Positions 48,129 through 58,331 of a stretch of 64,000 bases of DNA are shown here, in pieces. A model generated the notes under the pieces. The model searched no databases. It had not been told where the DNA came from and saw only the letters and a list, made by a program, of their open reading frames with translations. Origin of the DNA: an uncultured Desulfatitalea sp. (GTDB taxonomy: Bacteria; Desulfobacterota; Desulfobacteria; Desulfobacterales; Desulfosarcinaceae). The DNA is taken from positions 224,001 to 288,000 of the forward strand of contig CAXXMB010000002.1 in assembly GCA_963668675.2 (NCBI GenBank). The letters are read 5' to 3'. Positions within the stretch are counted from its first letter, which is position 1; each line of letters begins with the position of its first letter. The position numbers and the translations under genes were made by a program.

Positions 48129-48584
48129 TCACTCTTCTACCTTTTCCGGCGGCAGCACGATCCGATTCGACGCGGCTCCACGGTCGCCGGACGATCCAAT
48201 GGGGATGACCTTGTAACTATACACTTGACCGACCTGTACAAGATCGTTGAACTCTATCTCTTCGACATCGGGTTCGACCACGAGGGTGCCCACCTCCCTG
48301 AAGATGAGCGGGCAGCCGTCACACGGCGGCTGGTCGGCCGCCCACTGGGCTCTCAGCACGGCGTACCTGGATATGCCCTGTCCCTGTCCCCCCTGCCGCC
48401 ATGTCAGACGTACCCGGTTTCCCTCCATCCACCCCTTAAGCGCCGTTGGCTGGGGGAGCGGTGGCCGTTTTGGGGGGACCGGGGGTGCCTTTTTTCCGCA
48501 TGACCATGGTCCAATCATGAGCAGGCAGGCAACGACCATCGCCCAACAGATGCTATTTCTGCGCTTGATCGGGAAGTATCTCAT
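48129..48584 (-). CDS. Lipoprotein with an FN3-like domain
   Basis: SCGKKAPPVPP lipobox region; CDGCP; YSYKV; SN. Confidence 0.8.
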   Translation of the reverse strand: MRYFPIKRRNSICWAMVVACLLMIGPWSCGKKAPPVPPKRPPLPQPTALKGWMEGNRVRLTWRQGGQGQGISRYAVLRAQWAADQPPCDGCPLIFREVGTLVVEPDVEEIEFNDLVQVGQVYSYKVIPIGSSGDRGAASNRIVLPPEKVEE

Positions 48585-48589
48585 TCGCG

Positions 48590-49996
48590 CTACTCTTTTC
48601 CGATAGGTGCCGTGCTGTTTTGGGCCAGCTCCTTTTGCGCACGCTCGATGGCGGCCCGCACATTATCCGCTGAAGTGCCGCCAATCGACGATCTTCTTGA
48701 GATCATGTGCTCCAGGGTCAGGTGGTCGAAAAGATCTTCTTCAATCTCTTTGGAAAATCCCTGCAGCTCATTTAAAGAGAGTTCATCCAGCTCTCTTCCT
48801 TTTTCGAGGGCAAAAGCAACTGCCTGGCCAACGATGCTGTGCGCCTTGCGAAAAGGGATCCCCCGGCCAACCAGGTAATCGGCCATGTCGGTGGCGTTTA
48901 AAAAACCGACCGAGGCTGCTGCACGCATCTGCTCCGCCTTGACCTTGATTGTGGGAATCATTTTGGCTGCGATATGCAGGCAACTTTCCAGGGTATCCAC
49001 GGCATCGAACAGGGGAGGTTTATCCTCCTGCATGTCGCGGTTATAGGCCAGGGGCAGGCTCTTCATCAGGGTCAGCTCGGCCATCAGGCTGCCAACGACG
49101 CGACCGGTCTTGCCTCGAATCAGCTCCGGGATGTCGGGATTCTTCTTTTGGGGCATGATGCTGCTGCCGGTGGAGAATGCGTCGGCGATTTCGATGAAAC
49201 CGAACTCGGCAGAGGACCAAAGCACCAGCTCTTCGGAGAGGCGGCTGAAGTGAACCATGCAGATAGCGGCCGCCGAAAGAAACTCAAGGATGAAGTCCCG
49301 GTCCGCCACGCTGTCCATGCTGTTGGCCGATACAGCTGGGAAACCGAGCAGTTCGGCTGTGTAATTCCGGTCGATGGGATAGGTGGTGCCGGCCAGGGCC
49401 GCTGCCCCCAGAGGCATCACATTGGTGCGCTTGAGGCTGTCTTCAAACCGCATGGCATCCCGTGAAAACATCTCGAAATAGGCCATCAGATGGTGGGCCA
49501 GCAATACGGGTTGGGCCCGCTGGAGATGGGTGTACCCGGGCATCACGGTCTGCACATGCTGCTCGGCCAGTTCAACCAGCCTCCGCCGCATGCCATAAAG
49601 CCCGGTAATGATTCGGGCAGTGGCCTCGCGCAGGAACATGCGGATATCCAGGGCCACCTGGTCGTTACGGCTGCGGGCCGTGTGCAGTTTCTGGGCGACC
49701 TTGCCTACCTCCTGCAGCAAGCGCGCCTCGATGTGCATGTGGATATCTTCCAGGCTGTCGTCGAAATCGAAATTGCCTTGATCCAGCTCACGTTTGATGC
49801 GCCACAGCCCCTCGACCAAGGTTTCCGATTCATCGGCCGTGATCACGCCCACTTTGGCCAGCATACGGCAGTGGGCCACACTGCCTTCGATGTCGTATGG
49901 GTAGAGCCTCCGATCAAACTGAATCGAAGAAGTAAATGCTTCCACACTGGTGTCGGTGCGCTCGGAAAAGCGGCCATCCCAGGGTTTGTCGCTCAT
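48590..49996 (-). CDS. argH: Argininosuccinate lyase
   Basis: RSRNDQ, MPGYTHLQRAQP, GSSIMPQKKNPD. Confidence 0.98.
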   Translation of the reverse strand: MSDKPWDGRFSERTDTSVEAFTSSIQFDRRLYPYDIEGSVAHCRMLAKVGVITADESETLVEGLWRIKRELDQGNFDFDDSLEDIHMHIEARLLQEVGKVAQKLHTARSRNDQVALDIRMFLREATARIITGLYGMRRRLVELAEQHVQTVMPGYTHLQRAQPVLLAHHLMAYFEMFSRDAMRFEDSLKRTNVMPLGAAALAGTTYPIDRNYTAELLGFPAVSANSMDSVADRDFILEFLSAAAICMVHFSRLSEELVLWSSAEFGFIEIADAFSTGSSIMPQKKNPDIPELIRGKTGRVVGSLMAELTLMKSLPLAYNRDMQEDKPPLFDAVDTLESCLHIAAKMIPTIKVKAEQMRAAASVGFLNATDMADYLVGRGIPFRKAHSIVGQAVAFALEKGRELDELSLNELQGFSKEIEEDLFDHLTLEHMISRRSSIGGTSADNVRAAIERAQKELAQNSTAPIGKE

Positions 49997-50066
49997 GAGA
50001 ATTTCCTTCTCTCGCAGTGAACCTTCAACCTTCAGTCCCTAATCTCCGGCCTTCAGTCTCCTACTT

Positions 50067-51275
50067 TCAGTCTTTCCCCTGCATCAGTTTTTGTATCCTC
50101 AGCCGCAAGGCGTTAAGGCGGATAAACCCCTCGGCATCCTTCTGGCTGTATACCACATCATCTTCGAAGGTGGCGTGGGCCTCGCTGTAAAGAGACTGGT
50201 CCGATTTGCGACCCGTCACCGTGCAGTTGCCCTTGTAAAGATCGAGACGCACCACGCCGGATACATTGCGTTGGGTATCGTCGATCATGCCCTGCAGCAG
50301 TTCTCTTTCGGGGGCAAACCAGAAACCGTTGTAGATCAGTTCGGTATACTTGGGGATCAAGCTGTCGCGCAGGTGGTGCACCTCGCGATCCAGGGTGATC
50401 GACTCCATGGCCAGATGGGCTTTGCGCAATATGGTGCCGCCCGGCGTCTCATAGACACCCCGGGATTTCATGCCGACGAAACGGTTCTCCACGATGTCCA
50501 CCCGGCCAATGCCGTGTTTGCCGCCCAGACGGTTCAACTCCGCCAACATGGCGGCCGGTGACAATGCATTGCCATTGATGGCCACCGGAGTGCCTTGATC
50601 GAATGTGATCTCAATGGTCTCCGGCGTATCGGGCGCATCCTTGGGAGAGGCGGTCAGCTGAAAAATATCCTCCGGTGGCGCGGCCCACGGATCTTCCAGG
50701 ATGCCCCCCTCATAGCTGATGTGGAGCATGTTGCCGTCTGTGCTGTAAGGTTTTGCCCGTGTCGTGGGCACATGGATGCCGTGCTCCTTGGCAAACGCCA
50801 TCAATGCGGTTCGGGAATTGAGATCCCATTCACGCCAGGGCGCCACGATTTTGATATGGGGGTCGATGGACAGGTAGCTCAATTCGAAACGCACCTGGTC
50901 GTTGCCTTTGCCGGTTGCACCATGACTGACCGCATCGGCGCCCTCCAACTTGGCGATCTCCATCTGGCGTTTGGCAATCAGTGGCCGGGCGATGGAGGTG
51001 CCCAGCAGATACTCCCCTTCATAGATCGCATTGGCGCGAAACATGGGGAAGACATAGTCGCGCACGAAGGTCTCCTTGAGATCATCCACATAGGCTTTCA
51101 CCGCTCCGGTTTTGTATGCATTGGCCTCGACATGATCCATGGGCTCGTTCTGCCCCAGGTCTGCCGAAAAGGTAACGACTTCGCACTGGTAGGTCTCGAT
51201 GAGCCATTTAAGAATCACAGAAGTATCAAGTCCGCCCGAGTAGGCGAGAACTACTTTTTTAATTTTATCTGCCAC
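50067..51275 (-). CDS. argG: Argininosuccinate synthase
   Basis: [32 protein letters not shown]. Confidence 0.98.
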   Translation of the reverse strand: MADKIKKVVLAYSGGLDTSVILKWLIETYQCEVVTFSADLGQNEPMDHVEANAYKTGAVKAYVDDLKETFVRDYVFPMFRANAIYEGEYLLGTSIARPLIAKRQMEIAKLEGADAVSHGATGKGNDQVRFELSYLSIDPHIKIVAPWREWDLNSRTALMAFAKEHGIHVPTTRAKPYSTDGNMLHISYEGGILEDPWAAPPEDIFQLTASPKDAPDTPETIEITFDQGTPVAINGNALSPAAMLAELNRLGGKHGIGRVDIVENRFVGMKSRGVYETPGGTILRKAHLAMESITLDREVHHLRDSLIPKYTELIYNGFWFAPERELLQGMIDDTQRNVSGVVRLDLYKGNCTVTGRKSDQSLYSEAHATFEDDVVYSQKDAEGFIRLNALRLRIQKLMQGKD

Positions 51276-51300
51276 AGCTAAATTCTCCTTTGAATAAATA

Positions 51301-51437
51301 GTATGAAAGTATAAAAGTGATAAAGTAAGAAAGTTGTTGTATCCTATCGAATTTGCAACTATTCAAAATGCTCTTCCCTTAGAGCTGAAAAGATGGCATC
51401 TCCTCTTTCTTACTTTTGTACTTTCCTACTTTCAAAC
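51301..51437. repeat. Inverted arrays of 8-bp units (GTAnnAAA-like), element 1
   Basis: Left arm GTATGAAA GTATAAAA GTGATAAA GTAAGAAA; right arm TTTCTTAC TTTTGTAC TTTCCTAC TTTCAAAC. Confidence 0.75.
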
Positions 51438-51474
51438 CCACTCTATATCTACCTCGTTTCACGATCTCTAACGT

Positions 51475-52656
51475 CTACATTGAAGAAAAAACCTCATCCA
51501 GACACGTCAACAACCCGTCGATCTCTTCCCGGCTGATGATCAGCGGCGGGGCGAAGCGCAGAATGTTATCCTGAATACAATTGACCAGATAGCCCTTTCC
51601 CATGCAGGCCTCAACCATTGGGGTTCCGGGCTGGTCCAATCGTGCACCGACTAGAAGCCCCTTTCCACGCACATCCTGAATGGTGGCATGCCTGGATTTG
51701 AGTCTCTCCAAACCATCTCTCAGATAAGCACCTTTTGCTTCGACATCATCGAGAACACCCTCTTCCGTCAACAGCTTGAGGACCTTCAATGCCACGGATG
51801 TCACCAGAGGCGTCCCCCCGAAGGTGCTGGCGTGTGTTCCGGGTACAAACGCCGAAGCGGCCTTTGCGTTGGCCAACATGGCGCCGATGGGCAACCCGTT
51901 GCCCAACGCCTTGGCCAACGTCATAATATCCGGAGCAATGTCAAAATGCTCGTAGGCGAAGAGTTTGCCGGTACGCCCAATACCGGTCTGCACTTCGTCG
52001 AAAATCAACAGGCATCCGGTCTCATCGCACAGCTTGCGCACCTGGGCCAGGTACTCCTGCTGCGGCACGACCACTCCCCCCTCGCCCTGGATCGGTTCGA
52101 GTATCACCGCACAGGTGGAGGGGCCAATGGCGCAGGAGAGCTCTTCGATGTCATTGAAAGAGACAAAATCGAATCCTTCCAGGATCGGATCGAACCCCTT
52201 GCGCACCTTCTCCTGCCCGGTGGCCGACAGCGTCGCCATGGTACGGCCGTGAAAAGACTGCTTCATGCTCACTACCCGGTAGCGCTCAGGTGCGCCATTC
52301 TCCTTGAAATAACGGCGCGCCATCTTGATGGCCGCCTCGTTGGCCTCGGCCCCACTGTTGCAGAAAAAAACCCGGTCGGCAAAGCTGTGGCCAGTCAGCC
52401 AGGCCGCCAGCTCCGCCTGGGGCTGGGTGTAGTAAAGATTGGAGACATGCCACAAAGTGCTCGCCTGTGTGGTCAATGTCTCAACCAGCGCCGGGTGGGA
52501 ATGCCCCAGATTGCATACGGCAATCCCGGCAATAAAATCCACGTACTCCCGCCCCTGATCGTCCCAAAGCTTACATCCTTGCCCCTTTACGAGAGCCAGT
52601 GGGTAGCGTGCATAGGTATTGGCGATGTGCTTGTCTGCTTTCTGCTTGATATCCAT
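51475..52656 (-). CDS. argD: Acetylornithine aminotransferase
   Basis: NSGAEANE, FHGRT, EPIQGEGG, DEVQTG, AKALGNG. Confidence 0.95.
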   Translation of the reverse strand: MDIKQKADKHIANTYARYPLALVKGQGCKLWDDQGREYVDFIAGIAVCNLGHSHPALVETLTTQASTLWHVSNLYYTQPQAELAAWLTGHSFADRVFFCNSGAEANEAAIKMARRYFKENGAPERYRVVSMKQSFHGRTMATLSATGQEKVRKGFDPILEGFDFVSFNDIEELSCAIGPSTCAVILEPIQGEGGVVVPQQEYLAQVRKLCDETGCLLIFDEVQTGIGRTGKLFAYEHFDIAPDIMTLAKALGNGLPIGAMLANAKAASAFVPGTHASTFGGTPLVTSVALKVLKLLTEEGVLDDVEAKGAYLRDGLERLKSRHATIQDVRGKGLLVGARLDQPGTPMVEACMGKGYLVNCIQDNILRFAPPLIISREEIDGLLTCLDEVFSSM

Positions 52657-52710
52657 AGGAGCCTCAATGACCGCTGCCCACGCGGTCGTTCTGATGAAAC
52701 GTGTCCATTA

Positions 52711-52751
52711 GAAAATCCCCCTAAATCCCCCTTTTTCAAAGGGGGATTTTC
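52711..52751. repeat. CCCCCT-type REP-like palindrome
   Basis: GAAAATCCCCCTAAATCCCCCTTTTTCAAAGGGGGATTTTC. Confidence 0.6.
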
Positions 52752-52879
52752 GATTTCTGCAAACTAAAACTTTTCTTCAAAAAACAAAGTTTTTCTATAC
52801 CTATTGATAGGCACGATGTAAGAATTTCGAAAAGGCTGCGGCCGTGCCTGGCAGCATGATGCACCGCTTCTCGGCAGCC

Positions 52880-53773
52880 TTACCGCAGGGTGACTTCGGT
52901 CCCGATCCCCTCATCCGTAAACAGCTCCAGCAAAATCGCATGCCGCCGCTTGCCGTTAATGATGGGGACCTTTTTCACTCCACCCTTGAGGGCCTCCAGC
53001 GCACACTCGATCTTTGGAATCATGCCACCGGTAATGTGCTGGCTGTCTATCATCTCCTTGATCTTGGTGGCATCGATGGAGGAGATGAGCTTATCCTGTT
53101 TGTCCAGCACACCGTCCACGTCCGTCATCAGCATCAAGCGGCCGGCGTTGAGGGCCATGGCGATATGGCTGGCCACCAAATCGGCATTGATGTTGTACGT
53201 TTCCCCCTTTTCGCCTACCCCCACAGGTGCGATGATAGGGATAAAACCCTCTCTGGTCAGGGTGTGGATAATGGCCGGGTTGATGCGCGTTACCCGACCA
53301 ACCATGCCGGGATCTATAATCTCCGGGGGTTTGGTGGCATCTTCCTGGAAGACGATCTGCATCTTTTCCGCCTGGATCAAACCGCCGTCCTTGCCGCTCA
53401 ATCCGACGGCCCTGACACCCTGCTGATTGATCTGGGCCACAATCGATTTGTTCACCTTGCCCCCCAACACCATCTCCACCACATCCATGGTGGGACCATC
53501 GGTCATGCGCATGCCGCGCACGAATTTGGGGCGGATCCCCATCTGATCCAATACCGTGTTGATCTGCGGCCCACCGCCATGAACGACCACCGGATGGATG
53601 CCAATGAATTTGAGCAGCGAGATGTCCCTGGCAAAATCCTCCTTCAACTGCTCGTCCACCATGGCATGCCCGCCATACTTGATCACCATGGTCATGCCGG
53701 CAAAGCTGCGGATATAGGGCAAGGCCTCGATCAGAATCTCGGCAACGGAGGTTTTGGGGATATGGGTTTCCAT
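52880..53773 (-). CDS. argB: Acetylglutamate kinase
   Basis: EALPYI, VIKYGG, HGGGPQI, YNINAD, GGMIPK. Confidence 0.97.
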   Translation of the reverse strand: METHIPKTSVAEILIEALPYIRSFAGMTMVIKYGGHAMVDEQLKEDFARDISLLKFIGIHPVVVHGGGPQINTVLDQMGIRPKFVRGMRMTDGPTMDVVEMVLGGKVNKSIVAQINQQGVRAVGLSGKDGGLIQAEKMQIVFQEDATKPPEIIDPGMVGRVTRINPAIIHTLTREGFIPIIAPVGVGEKGETYNINADLVASHIAMALNAGRLMLMTDVDGVLDKQDKLISSIDATKIKEMIDSQHITGGMIPKIECALEALKGGVKKVPIINGKRRHAILLELFTDEGIGTEVTLR

Positions 53774-53829
53774 ATTTTGTTCTTTCAAATAAGTTTGGCT
53801 TAAGAGAAAAGACCGTACAAATAAAAGTA

Positions 53830-53972
53830 GTATAAAAGAAAGAAAGTATGAAAGTTTAAAGTGAGGGTATTCTGTCTGATTTTGGCGTTTCTAAATCAAA
53901 GCCGCTACACCAAAAAAACCTAATAATCCAATCACTTAACTTTCCTACTTTCATACCCTTATACTTTCTTAC
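53830..53972. repeat. Inverted arrays of 8-bp units, element 2
   Basis: Left arm GTATAAAA GAAAGAAA GTATGAAA GTTTAAA; right arm TTTCCTAC TTTCATAC CCTTATAC TTTCTTAC. Confidence 0.75.
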
Positions 53973-53974
53973 TT

Positions 53975-55348
53975 CTATAAAATATACCGGCTCAGATCCT
54001 CGTCCTCTTTCACCGCTTCGAGTTTGGCGTCCACATAGGCCGCGTCTACAACCAATTGTGACAGATCTCTTTGAGGTGCGTCGAAAAGCACATCTTCCAA
54101 CAGATACTCCATCAGGGTATGCAGACGACGCGCGCCGATATTGTCGGTGCGCTCATTGACCTCTTCTGCAATGGCAGCGATGCGTTCAATGGCGTCTTCG
54201 CTGAATTCGAGTACGACACCATCGGTTTTGAGCAAGGCAACGTATTGCAGCACCAATGCATTGCGCGGCTCCCTCAAAATACGGGCAAACTCTTCGCGCC
54301 CCAGGGCATCGAGTTCAACCCGGATGGGAAACCGCCCCTGCAGCTCCGGTATGAGATCCGAAGGCTTGATGGCGTGGAAAGCCCCCGATGCGATGAAGAG
54401 GATGTGGTCCGAGCGCACAGGGCCGTATTTGGTGTTGACCGAACTGCCTTCGACGATGGGCAGCAGGTCGCGTTGCACCCCCTCACGCGAGACGTCCGGG
54501 CCCTGCCCCTGGTTCTTGGCCACGATCTTGTCGATCTCATCGAGGAAGATGATGCCCGACTCTTCGACCTTGGCTATTGCGGCACGGACCACCTTGTCCA
54601 TGTCGATGAGGTTTTGCGCCTCCTCCTGGGCCATGATCTCGATCGCCTCGGGCACCTTGACTTTTCGCCGCTTCACATTCTTGGGCAGCAGTCCGCCGAG
54701 CATGTCCTTGAAATTGATTCCCATCTCCTCCATACCCACGTTGGAGAAGATCTCCACCATGGGGCCGGAGCGGTCGGGCAGATCGAGATCCACGTACCGG
54801 TTATCCAGCTTGCCGCCATGGAGCATGCGGCGCAGCTTATCCCGGGTGGAGGGGTGCTCCTCCCCGGCGGGAGGAACGACCTCCAGGGCCGTCTCCCCGG
54901 GGCCTTCATGTCTGGCCGGATCATGGCTGCCAGATTTAGGCAGCAGCAGGTCCAGCATGCGCTCCTCGGCAATGGTACGTGCCTTCTCCTGGACCGCCTC
55001 CTGCTCACTTTGTCTCTCGGCGTTGACCGTCAATTCCACCAAGTCTCGCACCATCGATTCCACATCGCGGCCCACATACCCCACCTCGGTAAATTTGGAG
55101 GCTTCCACCTTGTAAAACGGCGAATCGGTCATGAGCGACAACCGGCGGGCGATTTCAGTTTTCCCCACCCCGGTCGGGCCGATCAGGATGATGTTCTTGG
55201 GTGCGATCTCATCGCGCAGCTCCTCCGGCACCTGTCTGCGGCGCCAACGGTTGCGCAGGGCGATGGCCACCGACCGCTTGGCCTTGTCCTGGCCGATGAT
55301 GTAACGATCGAGCTCGGCAACGATTTCAAACGGTTTCAGATCCTGCAT
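53975..55348 (-). CDS. hslU: ATP-dependent protease ATPase subunit HslU
   Basis: [42 protein letters not shown]. Confidence 0.98.
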   Translation of the reverse strand: MQDLKPFEIVAELDRYIIGQDKAKRSVAIALRNRWRRRQVPEELRDEIAPKNIILIGPTGVGKTEIARRLSLMTDSPFYKVEASKFTEVGYVGRDVESMVRDLVELTVNAERQSEQEAVQEKARTIAEERMLDLLLPKSGSHDPARHEGPGETALEVVPPAGEEHPSTRDKLRRMLHGGKLDNRYVDLDLPDRSGPMVEIFSNVGMEEMGINFKDMLGGLLPKNVKRRKVKVPEAIEIMAQEEAQNLIDMDKVVRAAIAKVEESGIIFLDEIDKIVAKNQGQGPDVSREGVQRDLLPIVEGSSVNTKYGPVRSDHILFIASGAFHAIKPSDLIPELQGRFPIRVELDALGREEFARILREPRNALVLQYVALLKTDGVVLEFSEDAIERIAAIAEEVNERTDNIGARRLHTLMEYLLEDVLFDAPQRDLSQLVVDAAYVDAKLEAVKEDEDLSRYIL

Positions 55349-55898
55349 CGTATGTTAACTCTTCGATGGTTAAATGGTCATTGGTAAAGACGCACAGCCC
55401 GCAGGCGATCTGCATGGCAGCCTCAGCCACCTGGCGGGCATCCAGGGCCGAGTGCCTCAGCAGCGCCATGGCCGCAGCCTGGGCCGCCACCCCGCCTGAG
55501 CCGATGCCGATCACCCCCTCATCCGGTTCGATAACGTCACCCGTTCCCGATATCAGGAAAAGCTTTTGGGGATCGGCCGCCAGCATAAGGGCCTCCAGGC
55601 GCCGCAGCATCTTATCGGTTCGCCAGTCGCGCGCCAACTCAACGGCACTGCGGGTCAGGTTGCCATTATAGCGTTCGAGCTTGGCTTCCAGCCGTTCGGA
55701 AAGATTCATGGCATCCGCCGTTGCACCGGCAAATCCGACCACGATGCGATCGTTATAAATCCTGCGGACTTTGCGGGCCCGGTGCTTGATCACCGTATTG
55801 TTCATAGTAACCTGTCCGTCGCCCGCCAGGACGACCCTTCCCTGGTGCCGCAGGGCCAGAATCGTTGTGCCGTGGAAGAGGTTGTCCGTATGTGACAT
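55326..55898 (-). CDS. hslV: ATP-dependent protease subunit HslV
   Basis: [34 protein letters not shown]. Confidence 0.98.
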   Translation of the reverse strand: MSHTDNLFHGTTILALRHQGRVVLAGDGQVTMNNTVIKHRARKVRRIYNDRIVVGFAGATADAMNLSERLEAKLERYNGNLTRSAVELARDWRTDKMLRRLEALMLAADPQKLFLISGTGDVIEPDEGVIGIGSGGVAAQAAAMALLRHSALDARQVAEAAMQIACGLCVFTNDHLTIEELTYDAGSETV

Positions 55899-55924
55899 GG
55901 CTGCCTGCCTTCCGGTTGTTAAAA

Positions 55925-56845
55925 TCAGCGTCGCGGATGGGCTTTGTCATAAGCGGCCATCAGCCGGTCGATGCTGACATGGGTGTATCGCTGAGTAGTG
56001 GAGAGGCTGCGGTGCCCCAGCAGTTCTTGAACCGATCGCAGATCCGCCCCCGCATCGAGCAGATGGGTGGCAAACGAGTGGCGCAGTGCATGGGGTGACA
56101 CTGATATTTGCAAACCGCAGGCACGTGCGAATTTATCAACCACCCGGGCAATGGAACGTGTGGTCAGCCGCCCCAGGTCTTTATTGAGAAACAGCGCGCC
56201 GTTGTCGCCCACCACGCCCGCCAACGCACTGCGGTAGGCTCGAAGCGCATCGACAGCTTTCTGACCAATGGGAACGATCCGCTCCTTGTTTCCTTTGCCC
56301 AGCACGCGCATAACGCCCCTCTGCAGATCCACATCAGCCACATCGAGACTGGCCAGTTCGGAGACACGCACACCGCCTGAGTACAGGGCCTCCAGTATGG
56401 CCCGGTTGCGTAACCCCAGGATGTCGTCAGATGGGATGGCGTTCAGGAGCCTGAACATGTCGTCGACCGAGAGGTAGTTGGGTATCGGTTTGCCATGCTT
56501 GGGCGTCGGCAGGCTCTCGGCCGGGTTGTCGACCACTACCCCAAGGCGGCCCAGGTGTCTGAAGAATGAACGAACGGACGCCAGCTTGCGAGCAATGGTG
56601 GTTTTGCGGTTTCGACCGTGAAGAGAGGCCAGATAGCCACGCAACTGCAGATCGTCCACCTGATCCACCCGCAACGCCAGCCGGCGGGAGTCGTGACTCG
56701 GATGGGACACATCGCCGGCCATGAATTCCACCAACTCTTCAAGATCGTGGCGATAGGCTCTCAAGGTGTGGGCCGAATATCCTTTCTCGGCAGCCAGACT
56801 CTCGATGAAGCGGTCTATAGATCCGAGCAGCAGGTCGGATTCCAC
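55925..56845 (-). CDS. xerC: Tyrosine recombinase XerC
   Basis: G.RVSEL, GKGNKER, HALRHSFATH, LLGH...TTQRY; upstream of hslV. Confidence 0.92.
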   Translation of the reverse strand: MESDLLLGSIDRFIESLAAEKGYSAHTLRAYRHDLEELVEFMAGDVSHPSHDSRRLALRVDQVDDLQLRGYLASLHGRNRKTTIARKLASVRSFFRHLGRLGVVVDNPAESLPTPKHGKPIPNYLSVDDMFRLLNAIPSDDILGLRNRAILEALYSGGVRVSELASLDVADVDLQRGVMRVLGKGNKERIVPIGQKAVDALRAYRSALAGVVGDNGALFLNKDLGRLTTRSIARVVDKFARACGLQISVSPHALRHSFATHLLDAGADLRSVQELLGHRSLSTTQRYTHVSIDRLMAAYDKAHPRR

Positions 56846-56876
56846 CGTTTTCCCATGCTCCCCTTGGTTGCGGGTC

Positions 56877-57203
56877 TTAAGCGGCTCTGCGTGATTTCTT
56901 CTTCAGCCGGGATATTTGACGCCGGTATCGGGCCGACAAATCCTTGTCTTTGGCCGCCAACGCTTCATTGCGTTTTGCTTTGAGCCCCTGGATCTTGCTC
57001 TTGATCTCCTTGGTCGATGCGCCGGCCTTGGTTTTGGGAGAGTCGGTAATCCCCCGCACCTCTTTGATGACCTCAAGCAGTTCGGATTTGTTCATACCGT
57101 GAACGCCAACGATATTTTCGATCTGCAGTGCGACCTCGCGCAACTCCTTAACGGTCATTTTGTCGATCGGTTTCTCTTTTACAGCCTTTTTCTTTTCCCC
57201 CAT
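56877..57203 (-). CDS. Small basic protein with a Rho-termination-factor N-terminal-like domain
   Basis: KMTVKELREVA...GVHGMNKSELLEVI; AAAGGAG ribosome-binding site. Confidence 0.8.
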   Translation of the reverse strand: MGEKKKAVKEKPIDKMTVKELREVALQIENIVGVHGMNKSELLEVIKEVRGITDSPKTKAGASTKEIKSKIQGLKAKRNEALAAKDKDLSARYRRQISRLKKKSRRAA

Positions 57204-57397
57204 TTCGATCGCGTCTCCTTTCCGGTCGTATGTCTTAAAGCAGCAGCGGAGGCTTCCTGAGCCTCCGCCAAAAAATCAAACCGCGCGGGGCGCCCATTTA
57301 TAGAATGGCCAGGCCGGCTATTCACTCCTAACTACGCGTCTCATCAGGCGCTTCAGCTTGGCTACCGTGGGGCCACGGCTCCTTATTAAAAACGTTT

Positions 57398-57427
57398 TAG
57401 ATAGCCTATACGGCAATGAAATGTCAA
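57398..57427 (-). promoter_or_regulatory. Probable sigma70 promoter
   Basis: TTGACA-N18-TATCTA. Confidence 0.45.
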
Positions 57428-57472
57428 TGTTATTGGCAACACTTACCCAAAAAAAGGGGGCGCCGGCTATTT

Positions 57473-58222
57473 CTACTCCTTCTTTTTCTCCATGAATATC
57501 CTGAACAGATCAATGGGCAGGGGAAAGATGGTGGTGGAGTTGTTCTCCGATGCCATCTCGCGCATGGTCTGCAGATAGCGCAACTGCATGGCCATGGGGT
57601 GGTCGGCTATGATCTGGGCGGCCTCGGCCAGCCGGTCGGCGGCCTGATACTCACCCTCGGCATTGATCACCTTGGCCCGGCGCTCACGCTCGGCCTCGGC
57701 TTGCTTGGCCATGGCGCGCTGCATCTCAGCAGGCAGATCGATGTGTTTCAACTCAACATTGGCCACCTTGATACCCCATGGGTCGGTATGGGTGTCCAGA
57801 ATCTCCTGAAGCTGGGAATTGATCTTCTCCCGGTCCGACAGAAGCTCATCCAATTCGGCCTGTCCGCATACACTGCGCAGGGTGGTCTGGGCCAGTTGCG
57901 ACATGGCATAGCCGTAATTCTCCACCTCCACAATCGCCTTGGTGGGGTCGATGACCCTGAAGTAGATCACCGCATTCACTTTGACCGACACGTTGTCGCG
58001 TGTGATCACATCCTGGGGATCGACATCCATGGCCACCAGGCGCATGCTCACGCGCTGCATGCGATCGACCACAGGTATCAGAATGATCAATCCCGGTCCC
58101 TTGGCCTTGATGACCCGTCCAAGACGGAAGATGACGCCGCGTTCATATTCATTTAACACTTTGATAGCCGTCCACAAAAAGAGCAGGACGAGAACAACAA
58201 TGGTTACCAGGGGTGCAATCAT
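57473..58222 (-). CDS. Stomatin/slipin SPFH protein
   Basis: [47 protein letters not shown]. Confidence 0.95.
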   Translation of the reverse strand: MIAPLVTIVVLVLLFLWTAIKVLNEYERGVIFRLGRVIKAKGPGLIILIPVVDRMQRVSMRLVAMDVDPQDVITRDNVSVKVNAVIYFRVIDPTKAIVEVENYGYAMSQLAQTTLRSVCGQAELDELLSDREKINSQLQEILDTHTDPWGIKVANVELKHIDLPAEMQRAMAKQAEAERERRAKVINAEGEYQAADRLAEAAQIIADHPMAMQLRYLQTMREMASENNSTTIFPLPIDLFRIFMEKKKE

Positions 58223-58331
58223 GGCAAGCCTCCCTTTTCATATGGATCGCTTTATCGATCTATCGTTTTTTCTGCGATCCGCGCGGAGCCTGGGTACGCT
58301 CAACGAATCGCTGCCAGGGTACTATTAGGTA

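Noticed and set aside
55925..56845. Tyrosine recombinase as an island integrase
   Set aside because: Sequence and position upstream of hslVU fit housekeeping XerC.
57335..57352. CTGATGAG on the minus strand as a hammerhead or fluoride-riboswitch core
   Set aside because: The required partner elements and stems are not visible.
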